DNA from: Lama glama
Lineage: Eukaryota
DNA length: 64,000 bases
Direction of reading: 5' to 3'
Assembly: GCA_028534125.1 (NCBI GenBank)
Contig: CM052816.1
Span: 17,672,001-17,736,000 of the forward strand
Shown piece by piece: positions 1-11,790 of the stretch (positions within the stretch are counted from its first letter, which is position 1; each line of letters starts with the position of its first letter). The position numbers and the translations under genes were made by a program. The notes beneath the pieces were generated by a model, which had not been told where the DNA came from, did not search any database, and saw nothing but the letters and a program-made list of their open reading frames with translations.

Positions 1-349
1 ATTGTATTTGTGGAGTCCTAATGAAACAGCCTGGGTTTGGGGAAATTCTCAATAGGGAAAAAAATGTCAGCTGAATTTTAAAATCAATCAATAATGCTGT
101 TTAGATTTTCCTCATTGGAGACTGTAGAGTGGATTAGAGCATTTTCGCAATAGGGAGATGGCTGCTTGGAGAAACACCGCCAGCATCACCTGTGTTCCCA
201 GAGCCCCTCTGCCTGAGGTGAAGGGTTTTCCTTTGTTAAGGTCATTGGTTGTGTTATGCAGCAATTCATTGCTGGAGGCCTATCAAATGTTCCTTCTACC
301 CTAGTAGCTGTGGTGGTGAAAGGCGTTTTGTGATGTATTGGGACGACCC

Positions 350-520
350 TGAGCTTTGCAGTCTCACAGATGGGGTTCATCTGTAGCTCCTCCCTTTAAT
401 AGGCAAGCACTTAGCTTCTCTGGGCCTCGATTTCCTTATCTGTAAAACAGAAACTGTGACATTTTTCAGCCCTGTGACGTGAGGGGTCTGTGAATCTCCT
501 GACGTAGTGCCTGATCCAGT
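350..520 (+). mobile_element. MIR SINE fragment
   Basis: ggcaagcacttagcttctctgggcctcgatttccttatctgtaaaac matches the MIR core. Confidence 0.75.
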
Positions 521-759
521 CTTATTACTGTGTATATGATAAAGGCAATGATGCTTTGGTAAAAGAGGATGAATGTTGTGTTCGGATTCTCAGTTTGCAG
601 GGTGGTTTTGAAGTGCCCACTTCTCCCCTGGGGTGTGTGAGCTGTTGGATCAGTGAATTGTTCAGTCCAGCGCTGACCAGTAGTGCTGAGCTGGTTCCAC
701 GCAGGGACATGATATGCAAGGTGACAGAAGCGTTCCTCAGGGCGTGTGTAGTCTGTGTA

Positions 760-990
760 TCCCCGAGAGAGACAGGGATGTGTGACATGGAATAACTCAG
801 AGGTGTCCTTGAGGAGCCCTGACAGAATCTTGCAGACAGGCAGCTCAAGGAGGGGGACAGTCAGCCCTTCCTGGGTGAGAGTCTGGGAAAGCGTCCTGGA
901 GGACATGACCTGGAGCCTTTTTAAGGATGGGTAGATGTCAGGAGAGGAGTGGGTGGAGCAGCCTCTGATGGGAAGAAATGTGTCCTGATG
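760..990 (-). mobile_element. L2 LINE fragment
   Basis: Purine-rich gggaaagcgtcctggaggacatgacctggagcc...aaggatgggtag, typical of the reverse-complement L2 3' region. Confidence 0.5.
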
Positions 991-1155
991 GTTGAGCCTT
1001 CAGCTGCTACAGAAGGGATATTTTACAGGCTGCTTTTCTAAAAAAGATGTTTCACAAGAGACAGGAAGAAAATGTAAGTCATGACTCTAGCAGGTTGTTT
1101 CCCTCTGTCCCCAGCTGTCTCTCCAGATCGTTCTGATGTTGAAATCCCTCTAGAG

Positions 1156-1438
1156 CAGGGGTTGCAAATAGTGAGGTGGATCTGGTGCAGGGACATGGGG
1201 AGGGGCTAGGGCCTGGGACAAGCTAGCACCTTCTCCACCTCGGGAGAGTGACCGTGACCCAGCTTTCGCTGAGGGTGGTTCTGAGGGGCCGAGTGCAACA
1301 TCTCTAGGAATTCTGATTTCTGCAGTGGATCAGTCTTTGTGTATGAAAACTCTTTCTTTGGTGTTAGCAATTAAATCCATTGTTTAAATACCAAACAAGA
1401 GGGTAAATGTGTCCTTGGACTGGTTTGTGGCTTCTCTC
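1156..1438 (+). mobile_element. MER102-like hAT-Charlie DNA transposon
   Basis: Starts caggggttgcaaa after ctctagag. The 3' part gtatgaaaactc...tgttagcaattaaatcc...ccaaacaa...ggtttgtggcttctc resembles MER102. Confidence 0.55.
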
Positions 1439-4400
1439 AGGCAAAAGCCAAAGGCCCCATTGTCAAGCCTTGTCTTTTGCTTGTGGCATGTGTGCTCCGG
1501 AGGCTGATGAGACCCTGGGGTCCCCCTGACCTGGAGCAGCAGGGTGGCCCGAGGGGAGAGGCAGCACCAGCAGAGCGGGGACCCAAGTGGGTGGAGTCAC
1601 TGTTGCCCAGCTGCACTTTGACACAGGGAGGCCCGAAGTCACATGTGATGAGCATGAATGCTGAACCCCAGCGGAGCTCGGGGTTATTGCTACTGGTTCT
1701 CAGTGGCCGCCCGCATCGCTTTCAGATGGATTGCTTTAATCTCAGGAAGAGGGAAACAACACCGCTGTCCTCTCACAGATACACAAGCACTCACACAACT
1801 CACGTGAAATGAGGTGCCGTGGGGATTTAGAAACACCCACCACGTCCTGAAGAGCTGAGCCCCTTTGGTCTTGGGGTGACGGTATTAGGTTCCTTCTCTG
1901 GGGCAGGTAGGGGCAGTGGCTGCCTGGCCTGAGGAGCCCTCAGTGGGAGGTGAGTGCTGGGGACAGCAGTTGCTCTGTGCTGCTCCTGCTCTCCTTTGGC
2001 CAAAAAAGAATGGCAGAAAGGATCGGACAGGTGGGAAATACCAGATGCACTCCGTGCACAGAGGAGAAGACCCCAGTTAGGTGAAAGATTGTCCTGAGCC
2101 CACTGGGGCATTCTAGCCTGGAACTGGCCCAGAGTTTGTGCCACCTGTGAGCCCTGTCCTCTCCTCCAGCCCCTGTCTTTCCCTCTAACTTCAAAATGTG
2201 GCAATAAATGCACCTGAGTTCTCCTCTTATGTTTACTTCAGGTTTGTAAGTGCTTGGTTTTCCTGCAGGAACTTCCTTGAAATGTCACTCAGCTGTCCTC
2301 AGATTGTAACCAAATGATGATAACCTGACATTTCTGTTGTCTTAAAAAATTTTTTTTCTGTCTCATTCAGGAAAGGGTGACTTTCAGGAACATATGATAT
2401 CTTGTGATAAGTGAATAGATGACTATATTTGGATCTAAAGAAAAATATAAGTGAATTAAAGCTGCAGCAGGTGTAGTGCTCAGAACACGTGCACAGTGCA
2501 TTTCCTTGCACTTCTAGAGCTGACCCTGGGGCTTCCTAATAGCCAACGGAAGGAAGCACCCATCTTATGTGCTGTGAGATGAGAATAGGGCAGCTGTTCG
2601 TGAGAAACATAAGATGTACCTGTACTGATGCCAAAGATGCTTTCTTCCAGTGAGTTCTTAAAAAGGGAGTTATGTGAGCGTGGACCACGTTCCTGACAGC
2701 ATTTTTACAATTGCTTCCTTCAAGGTCTCTCGGTGTATGCCAATGGCTTAGTGCCAAAGTACAATTCTGTAAGTTAATTCAATGATAAGCCAGACTAATA
2801 CAGAGTACACAGTCTTCTAAAGGTCTGCTTGATATGGGGGTAAAATTTCCAACAGCAGAAAGAATGGATGGCCTGTCTCCATCAGGGAATACTCTGATTG
2901 TTTTGTTTCTGGTAACTAATCAGCATTGGGAACAGAGTTCTGGGCTTTTCCTGGCAGAAACAAGGAGTTCAGATGATCTGTGCTGCCAGTTAGCGGAAGC
3001 ATATGATCTCCTTCATCAGCCAAGTGGTGGTTAGAGCCAGTGTCCTCAGTCAGACACACAGAATCCGACCCAGAGCAGTGCTACCTGAATGCATAGGCCC
3101 CTTCCTCCACGACAAGTCTGTAGGTGGGTTGAGGCCCACAGGCAACTGGATGATTAGGAAGAGCAGCACCCTGCCCTCTATGGCACTGGAGCCCCGGGGT
3201 TACAAAGGTGTTCTGTGGGGGCTTTATAATGGGATTTGGGCTTCACGTGGCTGGGAAGGGCTTCCCTTGCACATGTGTATGTTTATACCTCTTTTTCTCA
3301 AATATGTGCAGGTGCTGATGTCCTCAGTAAAATTCACATTTTATTTAAAGGTATTACCCAGTTCCTGTCAGATTTAGTTGTTACAAAATTCTCAGCCACC
3401 AACAGAACTGTTAGCACAACGGTGACCTTTGGAGCATGTGGTTTACAGGTGTTTTGCAGTTTAAAAGGATCCTCACGGCAGAAGAATTGGGGCACGTTGC
3501 CACAGCACGTAGATGCAGGAGTTTTATTCTGCAATGTTCTCACACAAGTGTTAGGAAGCACTGCGGAGAACTCAGTAGGAACTCCCAGAATGCCTCGTTT
3601 TAAGCCACATCTCTTCTCTGCAACACTGCTAAGATAAATTATTTGTAAAAGTAAAAATATATACCCTTAGGAAAAAATACAGTTTGGGGGCATGAGCTGT
3701 TTAAGTGTTTAACAATTAGGATGTTCACTTTTATCGAGGTGGATCCCAGGTCTTTTCTAGCAGGGATTAGGGAGGAGCAGAAAGGCCCAGTTTGTGTTGA
3801 CAAAATTACACTGTCAGATTAGGGATGAACACTCATTCTGTTATCATAACAATGTATAGAGTTCCTCATCCAGACATGGTTTCAAGTGCTTTATGTGTGG
3901 ATTTGAAAGTAGGGGCATGGTGTTAAAGCACAGGGATGTGGGCCAGCCGTCATGCAAGCCAGGGCACTGCATGGAATTTGGACCTCCTTTGGATATAATA
4001 CCTGTACTCGAATATTTGTTGGGTTGCTTGTGGAGAGGGAGTTTGGCTCCAAAGGACAGCCTTGGAAGCATTGGGTGGGAGTTACAAACAAATGGACATT
4101 GAGGTCAAGTGTGGCTCTTCACAGCCCAAGCTGTGTGGGGATGTGAGGATGGGACAGGCCACCTCTGGGGGATTAGTCACCATCGCTGGGATGGAGACAC
4201 CTATGACTGGGAAGCCACATGGTTGGTTGGGTGTTGAGGGAGCCAAACCTTGGGTGGAGATGGGCGTATTTAACATTGATGTTGCTTCTGATTTTGAGTT
4301 CATGTAGTTCTGTGGTAAGGCAGGTCTGTTGAGAAATGATTATTTCATGATAGAAATTATTCCCTATAGGTTTTCCTCAAACAACCTGCCTAATTGGTAC

Positions 4401-5605
4401 AGCTGAGATAGATTCAGTTTACTAAAATTATGTCTATGCAGCTGAGTATGGATTCCTAATCAGTCAACAGGGTTGAGCAGATGGGAGTTGAAGCCTCCTT
4501 CACTGCAAATACAGGGAAGTGAGGAATACAAATGGCTGGATTACTGGGTGTGCCTAGTAAAGGAAAGTAATATATCCACTCCATTTAAGGCTTCAGTTCC
4601 ATGCACTTGAAACTAACCTACTCCTCGAGATAGATTCTCATGTCTTTGGCAAGAATGGCAGCAGAGTAAATAGCCTGGTGCCATGTTTTATTTTGCCAGA
4701 GCTGCAAATCCAGGCAAAAATTTCCAAATGCAGTGTGATTTCTCCGTGCGAGACTCGTGTAGAGAGAATGGTGTCCTCTGTGGAGAAGAAAATGTTTTTG
4801 CCTTACATTCAGATGATCGAGTTGGGAGCAGTGAATCAAGGGGAACCAGGGGTCTTCTTTATAGAGAAGCCCCCAAGGGCCTGGAGGAGTTCATTAGGCT
4901 GGTCTCTGCCCTCAAGGACACCTTGTCCCTGTAGTCTGCTGTTGTCCAGATTCAAAGGCTAGTGCCACATCCTTGGATCCCCTGCCACAGCCCCCAGGGC
5001 ATGCTTTTCCAAATGCTTGTCAACTGACTGAGCTTGTGTTATTGGAGAAAGTTCAAGTGCAGGCAGGATAAATGTGGTTTTGTTAGCATATGTCATAACT
5101 CTCATGCTATCTCAGACCCTGCAACCCTCAGATAAAGAGGGATTATTGTGTTTGGAAAGTCTGTGCCTGGTGTTTACATCTGGTCAACAATCAGCTGGTT
5201 TGCTCTGGAGGAGAAAGCGGAGGGACCATCCCTGCCTCCAGGGACATTTCTGGAGAACCATCAGATCAGCGGGGTGGGGTATCAGTCACAGGATAATGCC
5301 AGCTGTCAGGTTAATCATGCTGTAGGAGGTTTTCTCTAGGATAGTTGCAGTTCTTGCTGTGTTCATAAGTCTGCTGTTGACATTCCCTTCCTTGTATATT
5401 TTCTATTTATCTGAGAATCGTGCTTGAGTGTGATTCTTCACACGCACAAAATGGAAAGTTATCTGGGTGGCATAACTTTTCAGATAGTGTGGAGGAAGAT
5501 AGGAAATTTGTAACTAAGAAAGCAAATTATAGTTATTTCATCTTTTGGCACTTTGACTATTCCTTTTAAGAGTTTAATACTATAATTATTAGCAAATAGC
5601 TTGCA

Positions 5606-5933
5606 CCAGGGCCTTTGCACTTTCTGCACCCCCTGCTTAGTGTATTTCTGGCTCCCTTCATGTGGCCTGACCCAGAGATCTCAGTGTATGTCACTTACTC
5701 AGGGAAACCTCCTCTCATTGACCCTTGACTAGATTAGATCACACTTTCCTAATGGTTTATGTTTTGCATTGTAATTTAATAATTTTCAGAATTGTTTACT
5801 GTTTGTATCCCTGGTGAACTGTGATCTACTTGGGAGCAGGCTTAGGTCTATCTTGTGAACTTCTGTATCTTCGGGGCCCAGTGTAGGTTTGGATACAAAG
5901 TAAGCACTGAGTTAATAATTGTTGGAAAAAATG
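5606..5933 (+). mobile_element. L2 LINE 3' end
   Basis: cagggcctttgcact... through ...gtaagcactgagttaataattgttggaaaaatga, the L2 3' terminus pattern. Confidence 0.75.
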
Positions 5934-5934
5934 A

Positions 5935-6085
5935 TTACCATTTATTGAGCATTTGTTGCATACCAGTACTACTGATTCCTCTTTAAAAAAATGTGTGTGC
6001 ACAGGCACATAATCTTTAATACTGACAACTCTATAAAGAAAACATGGTTACTCCCATTTACAACTGGGAAAATTGGTTGAAATCT
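5935..6085 (-). mobile_element. MIR SINE fragment
   Basis: catttattgagcattt...ttactcccatttacaactgggaaaatt. Confidence 0.65.
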
Positions 6086-6149
6086 TGAGAGTAGAATACT
6101 CAGCAGCTTTTAAAGGGGTTTGGGAAATTCATAAGTAGTCAGTCATCTG

Positions 6150-6420
6150 GTAAAGTATCCGTGATATAATTATAAAAAAGCAAAACTGGACCTAATGTGC
6201 CTTTCCCTATGTCAAACAAAGTGTTTATATATGTATATAACTGATGAATACTTTCATTTGCATACAGAGTATCTGAATCAACACCAAATGTAACCATTTA
6301 TCTCTGAGGAATGGGCTAGGAGGGGCATGAGGAAGTTTACTTTTCATTTTATAGTATTTTGTATATTGTCATTTTAAAATGTTTACTGCAAGCCTCTGTT
6401 TTAAAATAAAAAGTAAAAGA
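6150..6420 (+). mobile_element. Old L1 (L1ME-like) 3' end
   Basis: acaccaaatgtaaccatttatctctgaggaatggg...tttacttttcattttata...aaaataaaaa, typical L1ME 3' UTR. Confidence 0.6.
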
Positions 6421-6539
6421 CAGAAGAGGCTGTGGCCAAGGTATTGTAGGTGGTGGGGTGGCTGAGGGGAAATTGAAACCCCAGGCCACATGGCTCTGGG
6501 GCCTAGGTACTGCTCCTGATACTCGTTATGTGTCTAGAG

Positions 6540-6727
6540 CGGTGGCTTCACCTGGGGGGATCCCTACCTCCTCCGCCGTGTCTGTAGACATGTTTGGTTT
6601 TCACACTGGGGGAGGGTGCTACTAGCATGGATGGGTTGAGGCCAAGGATGCTGCTAACATCCTGTACTGCCCTACTCCCCCAGTACCCAACCTGACGTGT
6701 CAGCACTACTGAGGCTGAGGGACCTCA
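6540..6727 (+). mobile_element. MER20 hAT-Charlie DNA transposon
   Basis: gtctgtagacatgtttggttttcacactgggggagggtgctactagcat...gaggccaaggatgctgctaacatcct...ctgaggctgag matches the MER20 consensus. Confidence 0.8.
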
Positions 6728-7387
6728 GCCGCCAGTCCTCTCTCAGCTGTGGTGAGCTCAGCCCTCCAGGAACGTCAGCCAGGTGGCCATGGGATGCCCA
6801 GCACTGGCCTTAGGAGCCCAGGGCACATGGGGTAATTTCAGTGCCCAGTGGAAACAGCCAAAGTTAAACTAGGTATCGGCCTTGCCCCCAACCAGAGTTT
6901 TAAAAGAGAGACAGACAGACAGACAGATGCTAACTGGGCTTCTAGGGAGGCAATCACTAGGAGAGGGAGAGGGTCCTGAGGAGGTGCAGGGTGGGTGGGA
7001 TCCTCCGTGTGCCTTAGCACAAGCTGAGGGAAACTAAGAGTTCTTTTAGAAGGGATGATGATGTTTGGATTTCCCCCATCATCTCCTGTAATAATTTGTA
7101 CGTACTACCTGAAGTCAGGCATCATGCAGGCATCCACAGGCCAGTCAGGAGCACCGTTCTGCTGGTGCCTGCATGGTGAGGTTGCCTCCAGTCGGTCTTA
7201 GTGGAGATGGTGGTCATCACAATTACAGTCAAAAGTATCAGATAACCAGTATGTGACGGGTTCAGCCTTCTTTAACCTCAGACACCATGGATTAAAAAAT
7301 ATATTAGTTTATGTACCACAGAAAAAAACCCCCAAATACTCAATATGAATCAAACTGATTTGCCGTTGTTTAAAAAAATCTTGATCT

Positions 7388-7908
7388 TGTTACCGAGTCC
7401 AAACTCGTTCTGTTCACCACACGACAGGACAATAAATTGGGAGACGAGGTGTTGGGGCAAGGAATAACGACTATTCAGAAAGCCGGCAAACTGAGAAGAT
7501 GGCAGAATAATGTCCTGGAGAACCATCTTCCCAAAATCAGAATTCAGGCTCCTTTTATACAAAAAAGGGGAGAGGGTGTGGTTGGTTGTTGCAAACTTCT
7601 TGGTGTAGGAATTCTTTGTTCTTGTAGCTGTCCATGTGGGTCAGGTCATGGTGTCCCTGTAAAACCTGCAACAGACAAATGCTGTTTTCTATTCTGCCAC
7701 TTGTTATCATTATATGAATGGAAAAGTGTTACTATCCTCAAAAGTCAGAGCCTTGAGGATAGGCTCTCCTGTATATTTCAGGCTTTAGGCAACATTCTTT
7801 TACAAAAAGGTGCAGAACCAGCAAGACTAAGCCTAGGAAACAGAGCACAGGGTTAAAGGCAGAGGAACAGATCTAATATGGAGTCAGATTTGTTCTTTTT
7901 CTATTACA
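7388..7908 (-). mobile_element. ERV1 solo LTR, MER41-like cetartiodactyl family (MER41_BT / MER41_Vpa type)
   Basis: 521 bp with TG...CA termini and a 4-bp TSD, atct (7384-7387) / attt (7909-7912). The - strand starts TGTAATAGAAAAAGAACAAATCTGACTCCATATTAGATC and has TATAAAA at 7553-7559. Confidence 0.75.
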
Positions 7909-7947
7909 ATTTCAGTGTTAAAATATGAAAGCTGAATAAAAAAACAG

Positions 7948-8487
7948 TAAGTGCTCAGTGCTATTCACACATTATCATGTTCAGCCTTCACAACAACCCT
8001 GTGAAATTAGTGCTATTATTGTTCCCACTTTACAGGTAAGATACTGAGACTCAGTTGCATCACTTGTGTAGAGCACAGAGTCTGCAGACCTTTTCTGTAA
8101 GGAGTCAGATAATAAATATTTCAGGCTCTATGTGGTCTCTTCCACCATTACTCAACTCTGCCTTGCAGTGTGAAGGCAGCTGTAATGATATGTAAATGAA
8201 TAGGTGTGGCTGTCTTCCAATAAAACTTTATTTATGGACACTGACATTTATATTTCATAAAATTTTCTTGTGTCAGGAAACATTAGTTTTAATTTTCGAC
8301 TGTTTAAATATGTGAAAATTTATTCTTAGCTCACAGGCTGTACAAAAACTTGTGGCAGGCCAGATTGGTCCCAAGTGTAGCCCCAGGGCCACGGGGTTTG
8401 AACCTTGGTCTAGAGTCACCTGGAGTCAGGGTTCAAATCCAGGTTTGTCTCCACAACCTGAGTTTAATCTCCTCTACACTATGCTAT
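7948..8487 (-). mobile_element. MIR SINE split by a MER58 insertion (pieces ~7948-8065 and ~8416-8487)
   Basis: cttcacaacaaccctgtgaaattagtgctattattgttcccactttacaggtaagatactgagactcag, resuming ggagtcagggttcaaatccagg after the MER58. Confidence 0.75.
8074..8407 (+). mobile_element. MER58(B) hAT-Charlie DNA transposon
   Basis: ttttctgtaaggagtcagataataaatattt...actcaactctgcc...ccaataaaactttatttatggacactg; 8-bp TSD gtgtagag (8066-8073) / gtctagag (8408-8415). Confidence 0.85.
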
Positions 8488-8724
8488 GTATAATAAGGAG
8501 AGGTAGCTGATTGTCAACTTACTTATTTTCAAAACACAAACAAAAATTGCTGTACTAGAAGTACTCTTTGCCTTAATCACGGAGTTGGTCAAGTTTTTCA
8601 AAGGAGGTCTGGTTTTGATTCCCTCTGAACCTATTTCTTCTTAGCTCAGTGTTAATTATAATCTGGGGATGCATTTTGTCTTTTGAACTGACAGCTTGAA
8701 ATTATAAAGTTATAAGAAGGAAAA

Positions 8725-9335
8725 CAGCTTTGCACTTGGTTGGAAAAATTCACTTCAAAAGTATTAAATGAAAAGTAAATTTCTTTCTCTCCCTTGTTGC
8801 TTTTTATTACAAAATTCTTCGTGCACCACTATTAATAGCTTCTTGGGCATCCTTCTGGAAGTTGCCTGTGTGACTCCAGCCATGTGTGTATGCATATTCA
8901 TTACTATCTGCGTACTTTCTTTTTCATATACTACATCTTAGAGAGCTCTCCTTATCCATTCCTCCATCAATACATTATTTTTAATGGATGCATAATATTC
9001 TACAGTATAGTACTCTTGAAGCACTGCTGTTTATTTAACCATGTTCCCATTTTTGGATTTGAATCATTTCCAGGTTCTTTAGTTATTACCGAAAATGGTT
9101 CATTGAACATTGCCATAAGTAAATCCATCATGCTTCTCGAAATATTTCTATAGGATAAGTTGCTGGAAGTAAAGTCACTGCATCAAAGGAGATGTGCTTT
9201 TTTGATACATTAATGTTTTTCTTACATGGAATTTCAAACAAGTTACACGCCAGAGCTGAGAATGTCTGCAAAGAATGGCATTGCTGTTGGGAAAATTGAC
9301 TCCCTCCTGCCTGCCTCCTGTAATATTTCCAGTTG
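8725..9335 (-). mobile_element. Old L1 (L1ME-like) fragment
   Basis: accactattaatagcttcttgggcatccttctgga...tttttaatggatgcataatattc...tttatttaaccatgttcccatttttgga, reverse-complement L1M 3' region. Confidence 0.65.
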
Positions 9336-9637
9336 TCTGGTTTTTTTGGTTTTTTTTTTTTTTGGTGAGAAAATAGGTCATGTTTCATCTTTAGAACAGT
9401 TGGTGGAGAATTAGTATATGGTGACGCTGAGGTTTGGGGCTCTGGGTCTCATCATGATCTTTGACTCCTCTTTAAAGAACAGTCACCTTTTTTTTAAGAA
9501 CATGAGAAAAATGTGTTCTGGCCTGCCTGGCCAGAATTCTCTGATGAAGCAACAGTGGTTTGTGAAAACTGTTGTTAATCTCCATGAAGTTTTCTTGAAG
9601 CCTGAAGGAGGATTGTTAATAGCTTATATATCAATTC

Positions 9638-9862
9638 AACCTACTAATTTTGAATATTGCCTTTGTGCCAGCTTCTGTAGTAAGCTCTTTATATGAATTA
9701 TCTCCTTGATTGGGCACAGTGACCCTAGAAGGCTGAAACTATTCTCATCTCTATGTTCAGACGAGGAAATCGAGGTTCAGAGAGGGCTAGAGTCACATGG
9801 CAAGTAAGTAGTAAGGCCAGGCTTTGAACTGGGTCCTGAATCCACAACTCCCGTGCTTGACC
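9638..9862 (-). mobile_element. MIR SINE
   Basis: tgtgccagc...ctctttatatgaattatctc...cagacgaggaaatcgaggttcagagagg...gtcacatggcaagtaagt. Confidence 0.8.
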
Positions 9863-10016
9863 TCCAGGCATGCTGGTACGTGTCATTTGTTGTCTAAAAA
9901 TAGTGTAAATATGCTGAGCTTCATGATAGAGATCGACCAGTTCGTCATTACGAGGGAGCGCATAGAAGCAGATGCTGCGTCTGCCTTCTGCTCCATGCTT
10001 CATGGTGGGAACGGGC

Positions 10017-10044
10017 TTTTTTTTTTTTTTTTTTTTTTTTTTTT
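10017..10044. repeat. Poly-T tract (T28)
   Basis: Direct observation. Confidence 0.95.
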
Positions 10045-10045
10045 C

Positions 10046-10140
10046 CAAACTGTGAGTTCCACGGTTAGGATAGTATGTGACTTACACTTGTGACCCAGCA
10101 CAGAAGGGTGCTCAACAAATGGTGAATGAATGAATGAATA
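10046..10140 (+). mobile_element. L2 3' terminus
   Basis: actgtgagttcca...cccagcacagaagggtgctcaacaaatggtgaatgaatgaatgaat. Confidence 0.75.
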
Positions 10141-10912
10141 AGGCAAATCCATGTAAAGTGATTAGAAAACACTTTAAGCCTTTATATGACAAGGGGTTAA
10201 GTAATAGGGTATACAGATTAAGATGTTACAGGTTTTTAAGGGTAAAAAAAGCTAGGAAAACTTATATTTCTCTACATTTCCTCACCTATGAATGTAACAC
10301 AAAGAATAGTGGATTTTTATTTTTGGTTTGTTGATAGTTTGCTTGGTAGCAACTTTTAGCCTCCAAGTTATATGTAGGAAAATAGATAGGCATTAATACA
10401 GTACTTTTTTTTCCTTCACATTATGTGTATGTGTGTGAGTTTTCTAAACTTCTATGGTGATGACCAGTTGTGTAGCTGGGGTTCAGAAGAGGTATATCTG
10501 CTATATTTTCTGTGCTCTGGATCATTATGGATAAACAGAAGGGATATTGCAAAGAAAAAATGCAGTTGTGTTAATTCCACAGCCATAGGGTGGTGTGGGT
10601 TCTAACTGAAGCAGAAACAAAATTTCTGGGTGGCAGGTGGCATGTGGCACCTAAACCAGGGGTGCGTGTAACCCTGATGTGTTTGCCACTGGCCTGCCCA
10701 GGAACTGCAAGCCCTTCCGCGGGCCTGGAGGAGCCCTGGGAGGGCACCCGCCTTCACCTTGCACCCCCGGCCTTGTATCACCGCCTTGGCCATGCGTTGC
10801 CTTTGCCTGCTGTGTTCTCTCTGACCTCCATGCTCTTGTGTTTGACCTGGTTAGTTCTTCTTCATCCTTCAGCTAGGTCTTGCAGATTCTTAGTAAGTCC
10901 AGTCCAGCTTTG

Positions 10913-11060
10913 ATGTCCTCCAAACTGTGGGGTCTTGGTCCTCCAAATTTAATCACTAACATATGGTTAAAACGCAGATCCTGGACTCCCCCTACAGAGG
11001 TTAGTAAGTCTAGGGTGGAGCTTCTGATTTAGGTGATTTGAGGACCCACCCTGAGAACTG
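10913..11060. mobile_element. MER5-like hAT-Charlie fragment
   Basis: gttaaaacgcagatcctggactcccc...agtaagtctagggtggagc...aggtgatt...ccaccctgagaac. Confidence 0.55.
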
Positions 11061-11584
11061 GTGCAGCAGGAGCTCCATACATGGGGCTGAATAGAGCTGC
11101 CAGAAACCCAGTCCAGCTTTTAGGTTCTTCTCCCTGGCTTCTTGCTTCCACTGCCCCATCTGCCCCGACCAAAGACTGGGCATGATTGCTTGGCCAATTT
11201 CAGGCAACATGTGTGTGATGGAATAAGATCCTGAGTGGTGAGTGAGGGTCATCATTCATGGCAGACTCTAGATGTGAAGAGCCCCTCAAATCACATTGTC
11301 CTCACCTGGAGCACACCAGGGCCACCATGTTTAGAGAGTCCAACAACAGTGAGTAACAAAGTCACAGCTAAAGAGAAGCAGTGAATTGTGGAGGTGGCAG
11401 TGGAGGGTCTAGAATCCGTGGAGGAGAGCTGGGAGAACTGAGAGTTAGTTTAATTTAGGAAAAACCATCATGAAGAATGGAAGTGGGATAGGATGTGCTC
11501 TGTTTGATTCTGAGAGGTGGGACTAGTGATCAGTGGCTATAACTTGGAGGTCAGCTTTAGCTCAGTGTACGGAGCATGTATAGT

Positions 11585-11790
11585 AACGACAGTAGTGATG
11601 GGTGCTGGGCAATTGACTGGTCACTTTATACATAGTGTCTCTGATGTTTACAGCGTCACTATATGTAGTTACTAGAACCCTACTGTGTAGATGGTGGAAC
11701 TGGGGACTCAGAAGCCATTAAAAATGTTGCCAAGATTATACAGTGATTAAATGGTAGTGATAACTCACATGTTGATCAGATTCACTTTGA
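11585..11790 (-). mobile_element. MIR SINE
   Basis: cactttatacatagtgtctc...gtagatggtggaactggggactcaga...tgccaagattatacag. Confidence 0.6.
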
